A DNA stretch of 63,430 nt, filler included, from Pirum gemmata (Eukaryota), in assembly GCA_002812295.1 (NCBI GenBank). It is 29 parts of 29 records of this genome, joined end to end, with 100 filler letters (N's around TTAATTAATTAA, not from the genome) between each part and the next. Parts side by side here need not be neighbours in the genome. Positions count along the whole stretch, not along the records: positions 61,362 to 63,430 come from PDIN01008883.1; 28 more parts are not named here. One strand, given 5' to 3'. A program made the position numbers and the translations under genes. The stretch's first letter is position 1. Every line of letters starts with the position of its first letter. Of this stretch, positions 62,447-63,430 are shown piece after piece. The notes beneath the pieces are model-generated. The model saw nothing but the letters and a program-made list of their open reading frames with translations. It searched no databases and was not told the DNA's origin.

Positions 62447-63208
62447 TTAATCATAACCATAATCATAATCATAATCATAATCATAATCATAATCATAATC
62501 ATAAACATAATCATCATAATCATAATCATCATAATCATAATCATGGAAATCGGAATAATCAGCCAAGGCAAAGTTTTTCTTAGGTAACTCGTCCATCATT
62601 TCTTCAAAAACTTCAACCCATTCTTGCTGTGTCAGCATTTCAATGCCGTAAACATCCCCCCCTGACGCCAAATTTTCTTTTGCGACCCTCTGTTTATTTC
62701 CTTTCGCTGCCTCTTCTGCGGCCCGATCATTTCTGGCTCTAATTAAGCCTATGTACCTAGGCCATAAATCAGTTTGATGAGGTTTTTCGTGTAAATTTGG
62801 TACATAGAAATTATCACGAGTCTTTAAAGGAACACCAGGGCCACTAATGATATATTTATTTAATTCCATACAAGCTAACTTAGCTCGTAAAGTGAAATGT
62901 TTTTCCTTATGTTTATGGGTTAAAAAACCTAAGATGTCTTCTTTCAATTCTGCATAAGTAGGAACATGAGGAGGTAGACCTAAAAAGCTATTCAAAGAGC
63001 TAGCTAAGTTTGGATCGAAAAGTTGCTCTGTATGGAATAATCCAGGCTTTACTTTACGTGACAGTTGCGGTGGTTGTGGTACGTGTGGTTCTAGTGCTTG
63101 TTCTACTTGTACTCGTTCTACTTCTACTGGTTGTGGTTGGTGAGTGGGTGAAGCGTTGACATTACTACCAACAGCCAAAAGTAAAGTGCAAAAAACAGAG
63201 AAAAACAT
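62447..63208 (-). CDS. Hypothetical secreted protein with a (DY)n tail
   Basis: Signal peptide MFFSVFCTLLLAVGSNVNA, then a Pro/Gln-rich linker and a complex core. The C-terminus runs into a (GATTAT)n repeat. Confidence 0.7.
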   Translation of the reverse strand: MFFSVFCTLLLAVGSNVNASPTHQPQPVEVERVQVEQALEPHVPQPPQLSRKVKPGLFHTEQLFDPNLASSLNSFLGLPPHVPTYAELKEDILGFLTHKHKEKHFTLRAKLACMELNKYIISGPGVPLKTRDNFYVPNLHEKPHQTDLWPRYIGLIRARNDRAAEEAAKGNKQRVAKENLASGGDVYGIEMLTQQEWVEVFEEMMDELPKKNFALADYSDFHDYDYDDYDYDDYVYDYDYDYDYDYDYDYGYD

Positions 63209-63311
63209 CTTTTGTTTTTATATTTGTTTATATGTTATATTTTAATAGTTTCTTCTTTAGAATGTGTGTTTTTTTGGTTTTTTTTTTGGTTTTTTTGGTT
63301 TGGCGTTTCTT

Positions 63312-63368
<57 letters not shown>

Positions 63369-63430
63369 TGTTTTTGAGTTTTTGTTTGTTTTTGTATATG
63401 TGTTTATATATCATAATATATTAATATGTA

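Noticed and set aside
1362..63424. Numerous low-complexity ORFs (poly-L, Y, T, V, C, LG, VR, FCFVL)
   Set aside because: They are translations of microsatellites or telomere repeats, shadows of real genes on the opposite strand, or run through N linkers.

Overview
This is very AT-rich eukaryotic DNA with GT-AG spliceosomal introns, the standard genetic code and TTAGGG-type repeats. The gene content (PPR, RGS, class C-like 7TM, GBP-like) suggests a unicellular eukaryote, but I cannot name the taxon. It is not one locus: about 29 contigs of about 2 kb are joined by 28 artificial N-TTAATTAATTAA-N linkers, so adjacency across linkers means nothing and most genes are partial. Recognisable genes: a PPR protein, an FAD-dependent oxidoreductase, an AT-hook protein, the last exon of an ABCG transporter, a TRF-like single-Myb protein, a class C GPCR-like 7TM protein, an AAAP amino-acid transporter, an RGS protein, an SLC35A nucleotide-sugar transporter, PPT1, a tandem Cys-rich domain protein and a GBP/atlastin-like C-terminus. 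Relics include a Ty1/copia fragment and a SWIM-finger pseudogene, and at least four families of short TIR elements are dispersed across contigs. The most notable signals are: (1) a PPR array of near-identical 105-bp units whose RNA-specificity residues differ from unit to unit; (2) patches built from stacked TA-x-TA insertions that look like transposon excision footprints, with two cases where the original sequence can be reconstructed; (3) telomere-type repeats filling introns and a 3' UTR, alternating in strand between successive introns of one gene; (4) a new 232-bp element with an 8-bp target-site duplication nested in another MITE; (5) short copies of splice-site and stop-codon regions repeated next to the original.
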